NCBI RefSeq assembly: GCF_964188315.1
Contig: NC_135663.1
Span: forward strand, 24,924,001 to 24,988,000
Direction: 5' to 3'
Length of the DNA: 64,000 nucleotides
From: Podarcis muralis
Lineage: Eukaryota
Below, piece after piece: positions 23,931 to 53,837 of this stretch (positions are counted from its first letter, which is position 1; every line of letters starts with the position of its first letter). The notes under the pieces were generated by a model. That model did not search any database and was not told the origin of the DNA. It worked only from the letters and a program-made list of their open reading frames with translations. A program made the translations under genes and the position numbers.

Positions 23931-25015
23931 TCAGCTGCTTTAGCTAGCTATATTAAGGGCTTGAATCATGTTCTGCATTTGCTGGCTTCTGAAGGTTAGA
24001 ATAATGATAACCTAGTGGAGGAACATTCCCCAGAGCCTTCTTGCTCATTGGAGGAGTCTGAAGTCTACTCCTCTGAGTCTGGGTGGTGACGACAGTGTTG
24101 TTGTTTTGATACCACCCTTCCACCTGAGGATCACAGGGCAGTTTACAGTACTTCCCTGGGTTTTATCAGATTGGGTGCAGGATCCAAGCATAGGTCCTCC
24201 CCTTAAATCAAGTTCTGATTTTTCTTCTGAGCTACTGCTGCATAACTAAGTTTATTGGCCCAAGGCCATGACATTCTCCATGCATTTTTGGAACAATAGG
24301 GAAAATAGCACCTAAACAGGACTTCAGAGTTTTAAGGATTCTGCAACTGTTTGAAATGTTTGAAAATAGTCTGTACAGTAAGATACCTAAATATTCTCCG
24401 TCCATGGCTATTATGCCATCTTGTGTACAGTGGAGCCTGCTTAGCAAATTTCAATACAACATAAAAACAAACATTTCCTTGGTGGTATGCATCACTTTTA
24501 TTTGAATATACAATGAGTACAAAAGAAATGCAGTAACTGTTTACAGAAGCACACATACTTTAAAATTTATCAAATGCAAAATTTCACAACTCATAACTGA
24601 TGATCTTTCGCAGCATAATCCAGCCAGAGCTGAGTACTTCTAACTTTCACAGATGAGAGATGGGAAATCAGTGGCCTTCCACATGTTAATGGACTACAAA
24701 TCCCATCAATCCTAACTGCTGGCCATGCTGGCTGGGGCTAATGGGAACTGGAGCCTGAAACATCTGGAGGGCCAAAGGTTCCTTCCCCATCCCTTCCACA
24801 GTTTTCAGCAAGCTTAAAGCTACAACTGCACACATATTTACTTGGGAGTAAGTTACGTCTTCCGAGTAAACTTGATCATGCCATACATTTCTCTCATTGA
24901 AACCACTAGAACAATGCTTCACTTTGGCTGGATTGAGCCACAAGTTCTACAGCCTATCTTTAGTTATTGCCAAGGCAAAAAGAGGTAATATTTACATTCC
25001 AAATCACATTCCAAA

Positions 25016-40848
<15,833 letters not shown>

Positions 40849-43599
40849 GGTGAATAGTTTCTGTCCGTATTTAGAATATTTTCTTTCCCTAAAATTTCCC
40901 CCCAGTCTCAGACTTCTGCTCTGTGTTTAATTTTTAACCATTAGCAAATATTTAAAAAGATGGTTCTGAAATAACTACGAGAGCATCCATGTGCATGGAT
41001 GGTTCTCAGCTCTCAGACAAGATCCTGCTTAAACCTCAGTTCAATGTTCACTGCAAAAACGATAAGAGAAGCAAACGGGTAAAAAGAGTGGTAGATCCCT
41101 GAAGGAATGTGCTCTCCTCTGCATAACTCTCACACAACTTTCTTAATACTTTCACTTATTTATGTAGCTGCTTTATAGTTGCCTGCTTCTCTGGAACAAA
41201 AGATAATGGATGATTTGCATATTTAACTGACAGGAGACTAAGATTTCAAGGTTGTGTTTGGCCAGTTGCTCAATGCCTTGGCAAACGGATAAAAAAAGTA
41301 TTTGTGCACTAAGCTCTGGGAGTGCCAGTTTCCGGGAATGGCTAATCAACTAGCCCTTCAAAATCAACAAATAGTGGGGCTGTACAGTTCAAAAATCCTT
41401 CTATTTAATCATAGCAAGGGAAGGTGGTTTGTGTTTTAGTTTTTCTTCTTAGGAACAAACTCAGTCCATTGGTCCATCTAACACAGTGTTGTCTGCAGCC
41501 TGTAGCAGCAACCTCTTCACACAAGCCTTCCCACTAGGGGCCGCCTCCAACTTTAAGTTACAGTACACAGTTCCTGCCCCCTCCCTTCATCTGTACTGAT
41601 ACTTGGGGGACCACACCATAAAACAGTTGTAAGGGGAGTGGAGCAACAAATGCTCTTTGTCAGGGCTTTTTTTCAGCTGGAACTCACCAGAACTGAGTTC
41701 CTGCACCTGAAGACGGGCACCATTGCCGTTATAAGAGAACAAGGTTCATGGTGAGTTCCAGCACCTCTTTTTCTGGAGAAATAGCACCGAGCACATTAAG
41801 ACATACAAGAAAATGGCTTACCTCCAGGAATTTTGTCATGGGCTTAGGGACCCTGGAGGCCTGCATGTCTACATTGTGTAACTTCTCTTGCTGTACGCCA
41901 ATAGTTATTTGGAAAGAAAAGTTCTGTTTTGGCCATGCCTGCTTAGAAATAAGCACCACTCAGTTCAATAGGGATTAATCTCAAATCAGTGTGCAGAAGA
42001 TTGGGCTTTGTGTGATTAAAATACACGTATTTCTTTCACTTTAAAAACACAGTAGCTGATTTCTCAGTAATTCTTATCACTGACGATTAGGAAAGAAGGA
42101 AGTAAACAGAAAATTAGCCCTACAGATATTTCCCATACATTGCCTGATTTAGTAATGTATGCAACTTATAAAAACTTTTCTGTTGTTTCCGTCTGTAGCA
42201 GGAACCCCCCCACCCCAATCATTCTGTTTGCACAAACTTCACACACACTCACACTCACACACTACATACGCCACATTTCTGTTATAAATTCATAGAAAAT
42301 CAACCATACATCGGATTTGCACTGTTCCATTTTATTTACTATCAAAGGAGGGTGGCTTGGTTTCTGGTCAGCCATGATCCCTTCAGCATACCAGCACATC
42401 CACAGGGGCCCTGCCCAGTTGCTATGTCAGCCTTGATAATCCCAGACAGAAGACAATCAAAATGACAAAGAACTTGCATATGGTAGTGGATTCAGCACAG
42501 ACTGAAACAAAGGACAATGATCAGATCTTCCCTCTGGGGGGCAGGAAACTGCAAACTCCCCTTTGTCACCTGGAAAGTACTCATGGGGAGGGGGAAAGGA
42601 GGAACCAGCCAGGTGACAGGACACTCAGGTTACCACCACAACTCCTCCCTCAACCCCTCCTTTCTGTAATGTATGCATGATGTTTCTGGGGGTGGGCTTG
42701 ACCTAGAGGAGGGGAATTTCAAAAGTTTTTATAAGACCTGGCACACTATTTTTCTGGGTCTTTCCTCTCTCCTGCAAGTGAGGGGAACACCCTGATGCAT
42801 CAGTTCAATAAAGGCCAAGCCTACAGGCTGCTGTTTTGCTCCAAGTTATCCTGGTTGGTGTCTTTGTTTTTGTCCAAGGGAGCCCTCAGATTTTTTCCGT
42901 TAACACGTCCAACAAATTCCCAGTAATCAAATGCAGTGTCATGGAAGCTTCTTAATAACTAGCATTCAAAACGCTAGTTTGGAGACAAATTTTGCATGCA
43001 AAATTCAAAATAAAGCGAATAGGCATGTTTAGATATTTGCATAAGAATGCCTACAGCTACAATAGACATTCTCATTCTTCTGTTATAATTTGATTTATTA
43101 TATGATACATAAGGAAACACCAAAAGATTGAGGGAAAATTCAATCAATTTTTCCCCCTGGAACCTGATTCATAGATCTTTTGGACTACGACTCCTATCAG
43201 CCCCAACCGGCTCCGATCAAGGATACATATATACATTTTGTCCACAGCAGTTGACAAAAAACTTCACTTTGGAAGTTTCGCTTAAATTTTCGGGGGGATA
43301 GCAAGCGTCCCACCGTTGCAGAACCACAAACTTATTGCGACACCAGCTTCCATCAGGTGCATGCAAACAACACAGTAATGTGGAAACAAGCGAATTACGA
43401 AAACAGACACGGCGTTCATTTTTTTTCGCAATATGATTTATTACAAGGTGCGGCTTCTGCTGCCGCCAGTGACGTCCGAACTGTGCTAAATACTGCAAAT
43501 TTTATAAAATAATGCAATTTTCTCTGTGTGTGCGTGTGTGGGTTTGTTTCTGCTGCACACGAACACACACTCCGTGAGATAATCCGTAAGGTAATAATA

Positions 43600-44120
43600 T
43601 TCCACGAGACAACCTGCGCCCTGCGGAGCTCCGGGCGCCCGTCAATTCGCCTGCCTCGCTTCGCCGATGGGATCGCCGTTCCTCGGGGAAACAAAACATC
43701 TCTATGGTTGGCTACGCGTCGTAAAACGGAAGCGCGTGATTTTACGGCGGGCCTGCGATTGGGTGGATCGCCGGCAAGCGTGGAAGGAGGAGGAGGACCG
43801 CCGGAAGTGGCCTGCGCGCGTGAGTCCTTGGCGGAAGAGCAGTGCGTCCACGTGGGGAGGAAGAGCGGAGCGTGCCGCGCTTAGGTGGGAGATCCTGTTA
43901 GAGTCGGAAGGGACCCTGGGGGTCATCCAGCCCGACCCCCTGCAATGCTGCTTGCAGGGGCTTGCCTCGTCTTGCAGGCGCCTGGAGCCCGTGTGGGCTG
44001 GGAGGAGGAGGGGCGGGGGTCGTGGTTGCTGCTGCAGCCTTGCTGTGCTTCTTTGCAAAGCCCCGGGTTGGGCGCCTGCTTCTGAACCTCCCTTGAAGCT
44101 CCTGGCCGTTTATGGAGCGG
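43600..44120 (+). promoter_or_regulatory. CpG island / promoter and probable non-coding exon 1 of GAR1
   Basis: CpG-rich; ETS motif CCGGAAGT at 43801; candidate donor GTGAGT at 43820; coding exon begins after the AG at 46687-46688. Confidence 0.7.
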
Positions 44121-46703
44121 GGCTGTGTTGGGAAATACGTGGCTCTTCGGTTGGGGTGTGGAACGCACTTACTTGCGAGTAAACCCCATTGAACTCGGTG
44201 AGGCTTACTCCTAAGGCGATGCGTGCTATTAAAACGACCCGCTTCCTCATATGTTGGTTTTTGCCGTTGATTATGAAGTCATACTGAATACAGTGGTACC
44301 TCAGGTTACAGACTCCGCTAACCCAGAAATATTACCTGGGATTAAGAACTTTGCTTCAGGATGAGAACAGAAATCGCGGCCGCAGCAGGAGGCCCCATTA
44401 GCTAAAGTGGTATCTCAGGTTAAGAACAGTTTCAGGATAAGAACAGACCTCCAGAACGAATTAAGTTCTTAACCTGAGGTACCATTGGTTTTTTTTGACA
44501 GGGGCAGGTTTTTGTCCCTACACCTGAAGCACTGTGGTTCGTTGTTATTTTTTAAAGAAACATCACGCATGTTGGAAGCACAAGATTCGGATCGCTCGTT
44601 GGGTTTTTCGAGGCTAGGCAGCATCACTGTGCACGTTTTGGGAAATGGTGTGAGAGAAGGAAGGGAGAAGATAAGCTTTTGAGGAAGGTAGCAGCATCAA
44701 AAGTTTGGGGTTTAGGCATTTTGCAATGCTTACACTGTAGAGTGGTCATTTCCCCACCCGTAATTGCCAGGAGCCTCAAGTACCTGGTTGGGGAGGGGCC
44801 CTGGTCCCTAGGGACTAAAAATAATTGGTGTTACATGGTGTTGGTTTCAAGGTTGCATAGTTGGGACAGTTCTCTGCCCACCATGGAACCTTAAAACTAC
44901 AGTCATTGCAGCAGTCCTCTTGATATTATGGACTACAGTTTTCATCACTCCTGATCGTTGGCCTTGCAGGCTTGGTCTGATGGAAATCAATAGTTCAAAA
45001 CTTCTAGAGGGCACCAGGTTGGGAAGGCTGGTTTAAGGGCTAAAGAGTAGTTCTTATATAATCGTTTAACAGTTTTCATTATATAAAAATGAATTTTTTA
45101 CTATACTGAAGAGTAAATAACACTTCAGTATAAGTTTAGTGTAATATTTAAGTTGGAAGTGGCGTAAGGAAGATAGTGGTGGGTGAAGAAATAGCTGTTC
45201 CCCTTCTCCCTTTTTAAAAAATAAAAAACAGTCCTTGCTATATGTCCTTTCACAACACTGATACAATGCCTGTGATGATTTGAGTATTTAGGTAAGGTTT
45301 TGGTTCACTTTCATGGGCCAAATGCTAAAGTTGCATCATTTTAAAGAATTATGGTTCAAGCTAGAGGTTGCTTCACTCCTTGAATAGTACCTCATTTCTT
45401 AATTTCACCTTTTGTTGGAATAAAGTTGGGTTGTATAACAGAATTGAAATGTAGGGAGTCTTAGTTATTTACCAGGTGTCTTAGACCAGGGAGCAGCAAG
45501 GTTTACCTCACCTGGGCCGGTTCACTCCAGCGGAGATCCCTCTGTGGGCTGGATCACCCACGCCCACAATTTTCTGCATCTGCACAGACGCGATTTCTGG
45601 CCCCACGGAAGTGAGTCCCCACGCTGTGCTGCATGCAGGGACTCGAGTGGGCGGCTTGGTTTGGGGCTGGCTCATGGGACGATTAAATGACCCCTGTGGG
45701 CTGCTTGTGGTTGTCGACCCCTCTCTTAGACTCATGGTGGCCCTTGGCAGACTAATACCTTCCTACTCCCTCATTTAGCTCATGAATGTGGTAGACTTGC
45801 TGTCTAAAACTACAAGTACAGTGGTACCTCGGAAGTCAAATGGAATCCGTTCTGGAAGTCTGTTTAACTTCCAAAATGTTCGGAAATCAAGACACGGCTT
45901 CCGATTAGCTGTAGGAAGCTGCTGCAGCCAATTGGAGCCGCATTAGACATTCAGGTTCCAAAGAATGTTCACAAACCGGAGCACTCACTTCCGGGTTTGT
46001 GGCATTTGGGAGCCAAAACGTTCGAGTCACAAGGTGTTCATCAACCAAGGTACGACTATCTGTTTGATTCATAGACAGCAGTACCTCAGTTTTCGAGCGT
46101 CTCAGAAGCCGAACGTTTCAGATGACAAAAACCTGGAAGTAAATGCTTTTGTTTTCAAACACGCCTCAGAAGTGGAATGGCTTCCGCTGCGTGTTTTTCA
46201 GTTTTCTCCATTGAATTTGCAGCCAACCCCTTTGTGCCTCAGTTTTTGAACATTTCAGAAGACGGTCTTCCAGAACGGATTACGTTCGAGAACCAAGGTA
46301 CCACTGTATTACAACTGCTGTGTGGAAGCCACAGGAACAGCTAAGGAATTAAATATATCTGTGCATCTAGTTTAAGGATGGTTGGTGCAACTGAAATGTG
46401 AAAAAAGAAAGTTTTTTATGGGAGAAAAAAATCTCTTGTTAAGAGGAATTTTATGAGGATTAAATGACTGTTTGATCTCAATAACCTAAAAAACCCAAAC
46501 TCAAAACCTAACGTCTTATGTCTTCAAGGTAACTGATCTTTTGAAAAGTATTTTGGATGATGTAGATTAATATATGATAACGCTAGCGAATGCATGCAGT
46601 GAAATGACTGGCACAAGTCTAGAGTGATTCAAGCGCTACAGAGATATATAGGAGTGCTGTTGATTTTCATGAATTCTTTATTGAACAGAAGAGAGAGAGA
46701 GTC

Positions 46704-49700
46704 ATGTCGTATCGAGGAAGAGGCGGTGGTGGAAGCTTCAATCGTGGCGGTGGCAGCTTCAATAGAGGTGGTGGCAGCGGCGGCTTCAGTCGAGGTGGCG
46801 GTGGCTTCAATAGAGGTGGACGGGGTGGTGGAAGAGGTGGATTTGGCCGTGGAGGTGGTGGACGAGGAGGTTTCAACAGATCATATGACCAAGGACCTCC
46901 AGAAAGTGTAGTCAGTAAGTTACAGTCATTTCTTAATGTACATGAAATAAAACGTTTTGATCCTGACTTTGAATTCCTGATCTAAATATGTTTCCCTTTT
47001 TTATTTACAGTCCTGGGAGAGTTTATGCACCCCTGTGAAGATGACATTGTTTGCAAATGTGTGACTCAGGAGAGCAAAGTACCTTATTTCAATGCACCCG
47101 TCTATTTAGAAAATAAGGAACAGATTGGGAAAGTGGATGAAATCTTTGGGCAGCTCAGAGACTTTGTATCCTTTAGTTGTGTACTTTTGAATGTTTGCAG
47201 AAGATAAATTACAAGCATTTCCTCTCTCTTTAATTTTCTAGTGTTCCGTAATCTAGAACCTAATTCCAGTATGTCTTTTAAGATTAATCTCAGCCTTGTA
47301 TTTTAACCATTTACCTGATTCCTGTGGTTCATTCAAGCAAATGGGCTGTTGGAGAAGGGGTGAAATGCAACCCCATACATTACCTTTGCACCCAGCATAG
47401 AAACTTATTTTGTGGCTAGCCTGTGTTTTTACTCACGCAAGGGGCTTGTACAGAGATGGAATCATATGTCTGCCATCCCTTCCTATGAGTATAAAGCAGG
47501 CTAGTAAATATATATATATATATATATTTGCAGGCATAACTTTGTCAGCTGATTTACAAAGTTAGTTTGTTGGGATCCTCATTTGGTTTCTCTGTTTGTG
47601 GGGGAAAGACAAAGCTTAATGTCCCCCTAGGGATGTGTGTAAGAGCATCTCCACCCCCATCGTTCAGTTTGGACACTGAGATCCAGCTCCAAGGGTCCTC
47701 TGGCAGTTCCCTCACTGCGAAAGGTGAAGTTACAGGGAACCAATCAGAGGGCCTTCTCAGCAGTGGTGCCCTTCCTGTGGAATGCTCTTCCATCAGATGT
47801 CAAAGAGATAAATAACTATAAAACTTTTAGAAGACATCTGAAGGCAGCCCTGTATCATGAGGTTTTCAATGTTTGATGTTTTATTATGTTTATATGTGTT
47901 TTAGAAGTTCCACAGGGTGGCTGGGGCAACCCAGCTGCATGGACAGGGCAGTTGTTGTTGTTGTTGTTGTATATTAGGACATGGGTAGGCAAACTAAGGC
48001 CCGGGGGCTGGGATCCTGGCCAATCGCCTTCTAAATCTGGCCCATGGATGGTCCGGGTATCATGTTTTTACATGAGTAGAATGTGTCCTTTTATTTAAAA
48101 TGCATCTCTGGGTTATTTGTGGGGCATAGGAATTCGTTCTTTTTTTTCTTTTTCCAAAATATAGTCCGGCCCCCCACAATGTCTGAGGGACAGTGGACCG
48201 GCCCCCTGCTGAAAAAGTTTGCTGACCCCTGTATTAGGACCTATTGCTTGTGCATTTCATAATTACAAGGTGCTTTTTAACCCTTTTCACAGTTGTGCTG
48301 GGTTCATACATAACACTAAGCCATGGTTTACATGAGCCAAGATTTATAAGCTAACATGGCACTGACTGCTTCTAAAATGAAAGTGTTCTGATGGCAACTG
48401 TTGCCTTTGTCACATTTTAAAGTTCAATAGCAGCATCTTTGTAGATTTTGAAGCCAGTGTGCACCACTGTATCAATCATATCTGAAATCCAAAGTGAAAA
48501 AGAGGATAGTGCATTCTCAATCTCTTTGGGAATTCTAGGTCTTTGTTTTCTAATATAAATGACAAAAAAGCTGTAATAAGACTCAAACATTGCTTGAGGC
48601 ACTTTTCATCCATATGAAAAGAATTGGACATGCATTTAATGTAATCTTTCCTAAACAAGTCAAATAGTATTTTTCAGTCAAATTGTCGGAAAACATGAAA
48701 GCTGCTTCCTTCAAAAAGTTGCAAAAGGTAAAGTACCCATTAACCAGCGTTTCAAAATTCTGAACTTGGATAAGGTGCATGAAAGCTCTCATACCATGGG
48801 GTGTTATTTTAGCTTACCTTCTAAATGCTTGTTCAGTAAGTATTAATGGTATGTAAGTAGTCATTGAGTGTGTGTGTGTGCGCACGTGCATGTCTGCCAA
48901 TTGCAAAATTATAGTGTACACCAGGGGTTGTCAACCTGGTCCCTACTGCCCACTAGTGGGCGATTCAGGATTCTAGGTGGGCAGTAGGAGGTTCTATGGC
49001 AGAAGCTGAATCCCCCTTCCATCGAGCACTGGTGGGCAGTAAGGAAATTTTACCATCAAGAAAGATGCATTAGTGGGCGGCAGGTATAAAAAGATTGACT
49101 ACCCCTGGTGTAGACCTAGTGTTAGCCTTATTAATTTAAACAGGTTGGACCCAGAGTTTCCCTTCCAAGAATGGAAAGGCTCCCTTTGCGAAAGGAGCTG
49201 GCAGAGGTTCCTGCTGGAGGAAGGGATGTTGATTTCTGTCCAATTTACCCACCCTTTGCACCAGCTCCCACCCTGTTTGATAGCTGTTGTCTCCCAACCC
49301 TCCAAAGCAGTTTTTCAGGAGCCGTGGCTGCTGCAGAGCGAAGAAGGGATTAGCAAAAATCCCATGAGTAGAGTTCACATTCTGGCCCCTCTTCACCCAA
49401 GCCATAGGGTATTCTTGCTGCTAAGTGATAGGGCGCATAGAGATGATGTTCACCTTGTTTAGTCTCTTGGATTCAGCTACCACAGCAGTCAAGCCCAACA
49501 TTTTGAGACTGGACTGGGATCCAGCATTTTGGACCCTCTGCTGGCTGCTGCCAATGAGCATCCTGTCAGCAGCACTGCATATTTGGTGAACAGAAGGGGG
49601 AGGGCTCCATCCACAAGCCTTATGAGGAACGACTGAGGGAGTTGGGTATGCTTAGCCTGGAAGAGAGCAGTCTGAGAGAAGATACAATGGCCATCTTCCT

Positions 49701-51910
49701 ATAACTAAAGGGCTGTCGCATGGAAGATGAAGCAAGCTTGTTTTCTCCTGTTCCTGAGGCAGGATATTTATTTCTTTGGTTTTAAAAAGAAGTAAAACTA
49801 TATACATATGTAATATCAGTGTTCAATTGCTATTTAATTATTGTTTTCCCCCCTATGGTGTTACAGGTTCTTGTATGTAAGCTGCCTTGAGTCGTGTCAG
49901 AGAAAAAGGCAGGAAATAAATAAATATCATTATGATGCTGTGAAACTTGATATGTCTAGCATTTATTTCAGGGGGACTTGTTGATGACTATACATGGATC
50001 AAGAAAGCAGTGAAACATAGGGTTACAGCAACACCTAGTTCTTATATTAGCTGTTAAATCTAAAGTAAACTTGTTTACTCTAACTTTTAAGTTATATACA
50101 CATGTAAGAAAGGTTTTGGACAAAACCTAACCTCGGCCTCCCCCCCCCCCCCGCAGTTTTATATCGATCCAGCAAAATTGCTCCCGCTGCAGAGATTTTT
50201 GCCAAGGCCTCCAGGTGAAAAAGGGCCTCCGAGAGGTGGAAGAGGAGGCCGTGGTGGAAGAGGAGGTGGCAGAGGTGGAGGTGGCAGAGGGGGAGGTAGG
50301 TATTGTTGTCTGGATGCATGCAATAAGGTGGTAGAGATCTCTCTCTCACTCTCTCTCTCTCTCTCTCTCTCTCTCCCTACCCCCCCAAAAAGTTTGAAAA
50401 TCCAGGTCTGGAAGCAAGATGTTCCTGATGGTTTTGGAAGTTGTACTGCCTCATTGCTGTCATAAAATATACCTATGTTTTATTGTGCTTTTAATAATTA
50501 ATTAATTAATTAATTACTTTCTGCTTTTATTTTCCAGGTGGTTTCAGGGGTGGCAGAGGTGGTGGAGGGTTCAGAGGAGGACGAGGTGGTGGAGGTGGCC
50601 GAGGATTTAGAGGTAAGTATAATGGCAACATTACGGAGTTAATTACCTATGGTACTGTTTCTGGTAATATATCCATGCAATATTCAGCTACCTTTCTCTT
50701 ACTGTGACTTAAGTAATTGTTTTAAACCTGTTTCAGAAAACTTAGGGTTTCTTGGAAATTTATCAAGAGCTCCTGATCCTTACTGGACGATAGGTTTTCT
50801 TAATAGCTTGTTCACAAGTACCCATTCCCCCCCAGCAATGTGCAACCAAAGGAGAGCGTTGGATGTGCTCTGTGGTGCATGTTAAGTTCACGCACAGGGC
50901 ACTGGTGATGCTCCAAGGATCTGGTAAGGGGTCCAGTGAAATTCTGTACAATATACAGCATAACCCCGTAGCGAATGAACAGAGGAGTCCTCTGCAGTGT
51001 GGACAGTGTTTGTTGATGGTAAAATGCTTTCAAACTACCAGGAGTAGAGTCAAGGCTATCGGAATCATTCATTCATGATCGATTGATTGATTGAATTGAT
51101 ATCCGGCTCTTCCTCCCCAAGGAGCCCAGGGTGGCAAACAATTCCAAAACAGAAGCAAAGCAAAAAAAATTTAAACTGATTACAGCATTCCAAAAACAAT
51201 TACAATGGTAAACGTCTAAAAGCAGTTACACCTAGAAACATACCTGAGCCAATGATCTTGAGGTTGGCAGCAACAATATTCTTCAGCCACCAAATCCCCG
51301 GGTCAACAGAAATGTTTTCAAATTTGCCCTGGAAGTTTATAATGATGGAGACAGGTGAGGTACAGAGGTCCAGCTGCTCCAGGAGGGCTTGCTGTTGTTT
51401 GGGTAGGCGCTCCAAGCTGAGCATATTCTCTCACCTGAATTTGTCAAGGCACTAACAGTTAAGTAATATTTAAGAAGATGCCCATTTTGATGTTCCCACA
51501 TGTAGGATGTTGCTGCATTGTTACAGCGATACGGAAGGAGTCTCGCAAGTGTTTGCTGCGTATCACAACAGTGTTGTTACTACTGTTGGTAGTAATCCTG
51601 CGCAAAGGCGCTTATGGTAGTGATGGGAAACACTTGGGAGCCCCATTTCATGTTACTTTTCTGGGAGATCCTCACATGTGAAGCTGGCCTAGGATAGAAT
51701 ACCTAGCCAGACTTCTACCAGTAAATGGTAGGATGTTATCTATAGTCCTTCAGTGGAATGTTAAAACCACAAATGCAGATGTCTACAATATTGCAGGTAC
51801 TACAACAACAACCTACCCGTTTGTTATAAAAACTTGTTGCATTTTTCCAGGCTAGATGGGAATGATGATCTGATTTGTGTTTTTCTTTCAAATTAGGCAG
51901 AGGACGTTAA
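46704..51910 (+). CDS. GAR1: H/ACA ribonucleoprotein subunit GAR1, 217 aa
   Basis: join(46704..46914, 47011..47165, 48668..48727, 50157..50295, 50538..50612, 51897..51910) = 654 nt. N- and C-terminal RGG boxes around the core [26 protein letters not shown]...[19 protein letters not shown]. Confidence 0.97.
47660..47960 (+). mobile_element. L2-clade LINE 3' end inside the GAR1 U12 intron
   Basis: agggccttctc..gtggtgccc..cctgtggaatgc pattern followed by a TTG tail; bounds approximate. Confidence 0.65.
47980..48231 (+). mobile_element. hAT-type MITE
   Basis: Perfect 8-bp TSD tattagga. Confidence 0.9.
48922..49107. mobile_element. hAT-type MITE (GAR1 intron)
   Basis: TIR caggggttgtcaa/ttgactacccctg; TSD gtgtacac/gtgtagac. 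Confidence 0.8.
49615..49765 (+). mobile_element. CR1 ORF2 C-terminal fragment
   Basis: [23 protein letters not shown]...KGCRMED-like decayed frame. Confidence 0.7.
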
Positions 51911-52425
51911 GTGAAGAAGTTCTGGGAAATTCCAAGTTAATGGTTTCATCTTCAGAATATAATGAGAGATCTTTTTTATGAACTTGAATGTCGTAAAGTG
52001 GACTTTTAATACGTTATTGTCTAAAGGAGCGAAGTACTGCCACACGTGTTCCTGGATTTCTGCTGAGATGAACCAATTTCAGATCCACAGATACTTCTCT
52101 TGAAATCCCCTTGGACCTCTTGTGCTCTTGACATTAAACAGAATGTTGTTTTTAAACACTTTTTATGAGCTATATTTTTTTAGTCAAAAACTCATCTTGA
52201 AGTTGGGAAACCAGTGACTTCCTAAACAATAACAGAAGATGGTCTGCTCAATATATTTTTTATTATCCGTCTTTGTATTTTGGTTTTTGTCAATTTTCAA
52301 ATAGTGTTTCATGGATTCATACAAAATCGTATCAAAACAACTTGAATATGCTTTCGCAGTTATATTTAACTTAGTTGTCTAATGAATGATATGTCTAAAT
52401 GACAAAAGTTTTCTTGTTTTTTAAA

Positions 52426-52431
52426 AATAAA
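52426..52431 (+). terminator. Candidate GAR1 polyadenylation signal
   Basis: AATAAA about 520 nt after the stop in an AT-rich 3' UTR; ATTAAA also near 52133. Confidence 0.5.
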
Positions 52432-53837
52432 ATTGGTAATAACTTAGGTTAAAGCTCAAAAGTATAATTGATGGGCATTTGTGCTAAATTCATTTTTCCA
52501 TTCACACATCACAGTAAAGCATAGTTAATTGTTTATTGTGTACACATCTAAGAGAGCCTTTTAGATATGATCCCTTGCTTGGTGTTATGTCCAAACCAGG
52601 CATCATGGTTTGTTTCACTTCCAGCAAACCATAATATGTAGCCGTGGTTTGTTCTTGACTTACCGATTATGATTTGTTTGGGAGTGAAACAAACCAAGAT
52701 ACCTGGTTTGAATGTACCATAATAATTTGGAACCAGCAGGGAGGAAAGAAACTGGCATTATTTCACTCATACACAGCTATCCATAATATGTGGTTGGCCT
52801 CTTGGCTGCTTGTGCCATCAGCTCCCAGTCTGTGTGTCACACATCAAGTGCTCTCAACTGGATGTTTTTATGAATGCCATTTCACCAATGAAACTTCGAA
52901 GAGTTTCAGCTAGGAGTCTTTTCCAGCCATACCTGGAGTTGCTGAGGATTGAATCTTGGGCTTCAACTGAGCCATTGAGCTACAGTTCTGATATAGATAA
53001 TGGACTCCATGGACAAATAATCAAAGTTGATGCTCTTAGAGCAGATACATTACAGTTATTTCGAATTGGGATTTCAAATCAGGATGTGAATCTTCAACCT
53101 CTTCTTGCAAATACAGTGGTACCTCGGTTTAAGAACAGTCCTGTTTATGAGCGATTTGGTTTACGAACTCTGCAAAACTGAAAGTGTCCCGGTTTGCGAA
53201 CTTTACCTCGGTCTAAGAACGGAATCCGAACGGTGGAAGGGCAGCGGGAGGCCTCATTAGGGAAAGCGCGCCTCCGTTTAAGAACAGTTTTGGTTTAAGA
53301 ACGGATTTCTGAAACTGATTAAGTTCGTAAACCGAGGTACCACTGTAGATTGAGATGTGTTTTGCCCTGTCTTTTGCAATAGGGGTTTTTTACAGTTATT
53401 GTTTTGCTTAATAGCTTTTAAAAACTTGGTTCAGAATTCTCAAATGCAAACATACACATGATGAACAATCAACTCCTGCCGGGTTTTTTGAAACATTGAA
53501 AGAAAGAAAATGTGAAGTCCAAAGTGTGGGGCCTATGCAGCCGCTAATCTCTTTAGTAATAAGGCCATGAACCGTAAGGATCTTGTTAAAAATGGGCTTG
53601 CAGCTCTGTACTGTTCTTTGTTGAGCTAACAAGCCTTCCCCTTTCATAGTTTGGGAATGTAAACCCCTTTGCTCTTGAGTGGAAATCCATTTGGGAGCTT
53701 TTCAGCAGGGAAGAACTTTTATAGTCAGTTTTGCAGGACAAGGATCTGCCTACAAAAGCTGGGGATGTGTGTGTGTTTCGAATGGCCATATACAGGATAA
53801 CCCTGGAGGGTGTTTTTCCAATTTTCATTCCCCTGCA

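Larger units (their letters stand above)
47166..48667 (+). other. GAR1: U12-type (minor spliceosome) GT-AG intron of GAR1
   Basis: 5' splice site GTATCCTTT at 47166; branch-like TTTCCTAAAC at ~48647-48656, about 12 nt before the AG at 48666-48667; no polypyrimidine tract. Confidence 0.85.

Noticed and set aside
43416-44182. ORFs of 118-171 aa at the GAR1 promoter
   Set aside because: CpG-island artefacts with no homology recognised.
53679-53837. In-frame GTG-initiated N-terminal extension of RRH
   Set aside because: The ATG at 53838 gives a 106-nt first coding exon and N-terminus matching the recalled ortholog; the upstream open frame is likely chance.
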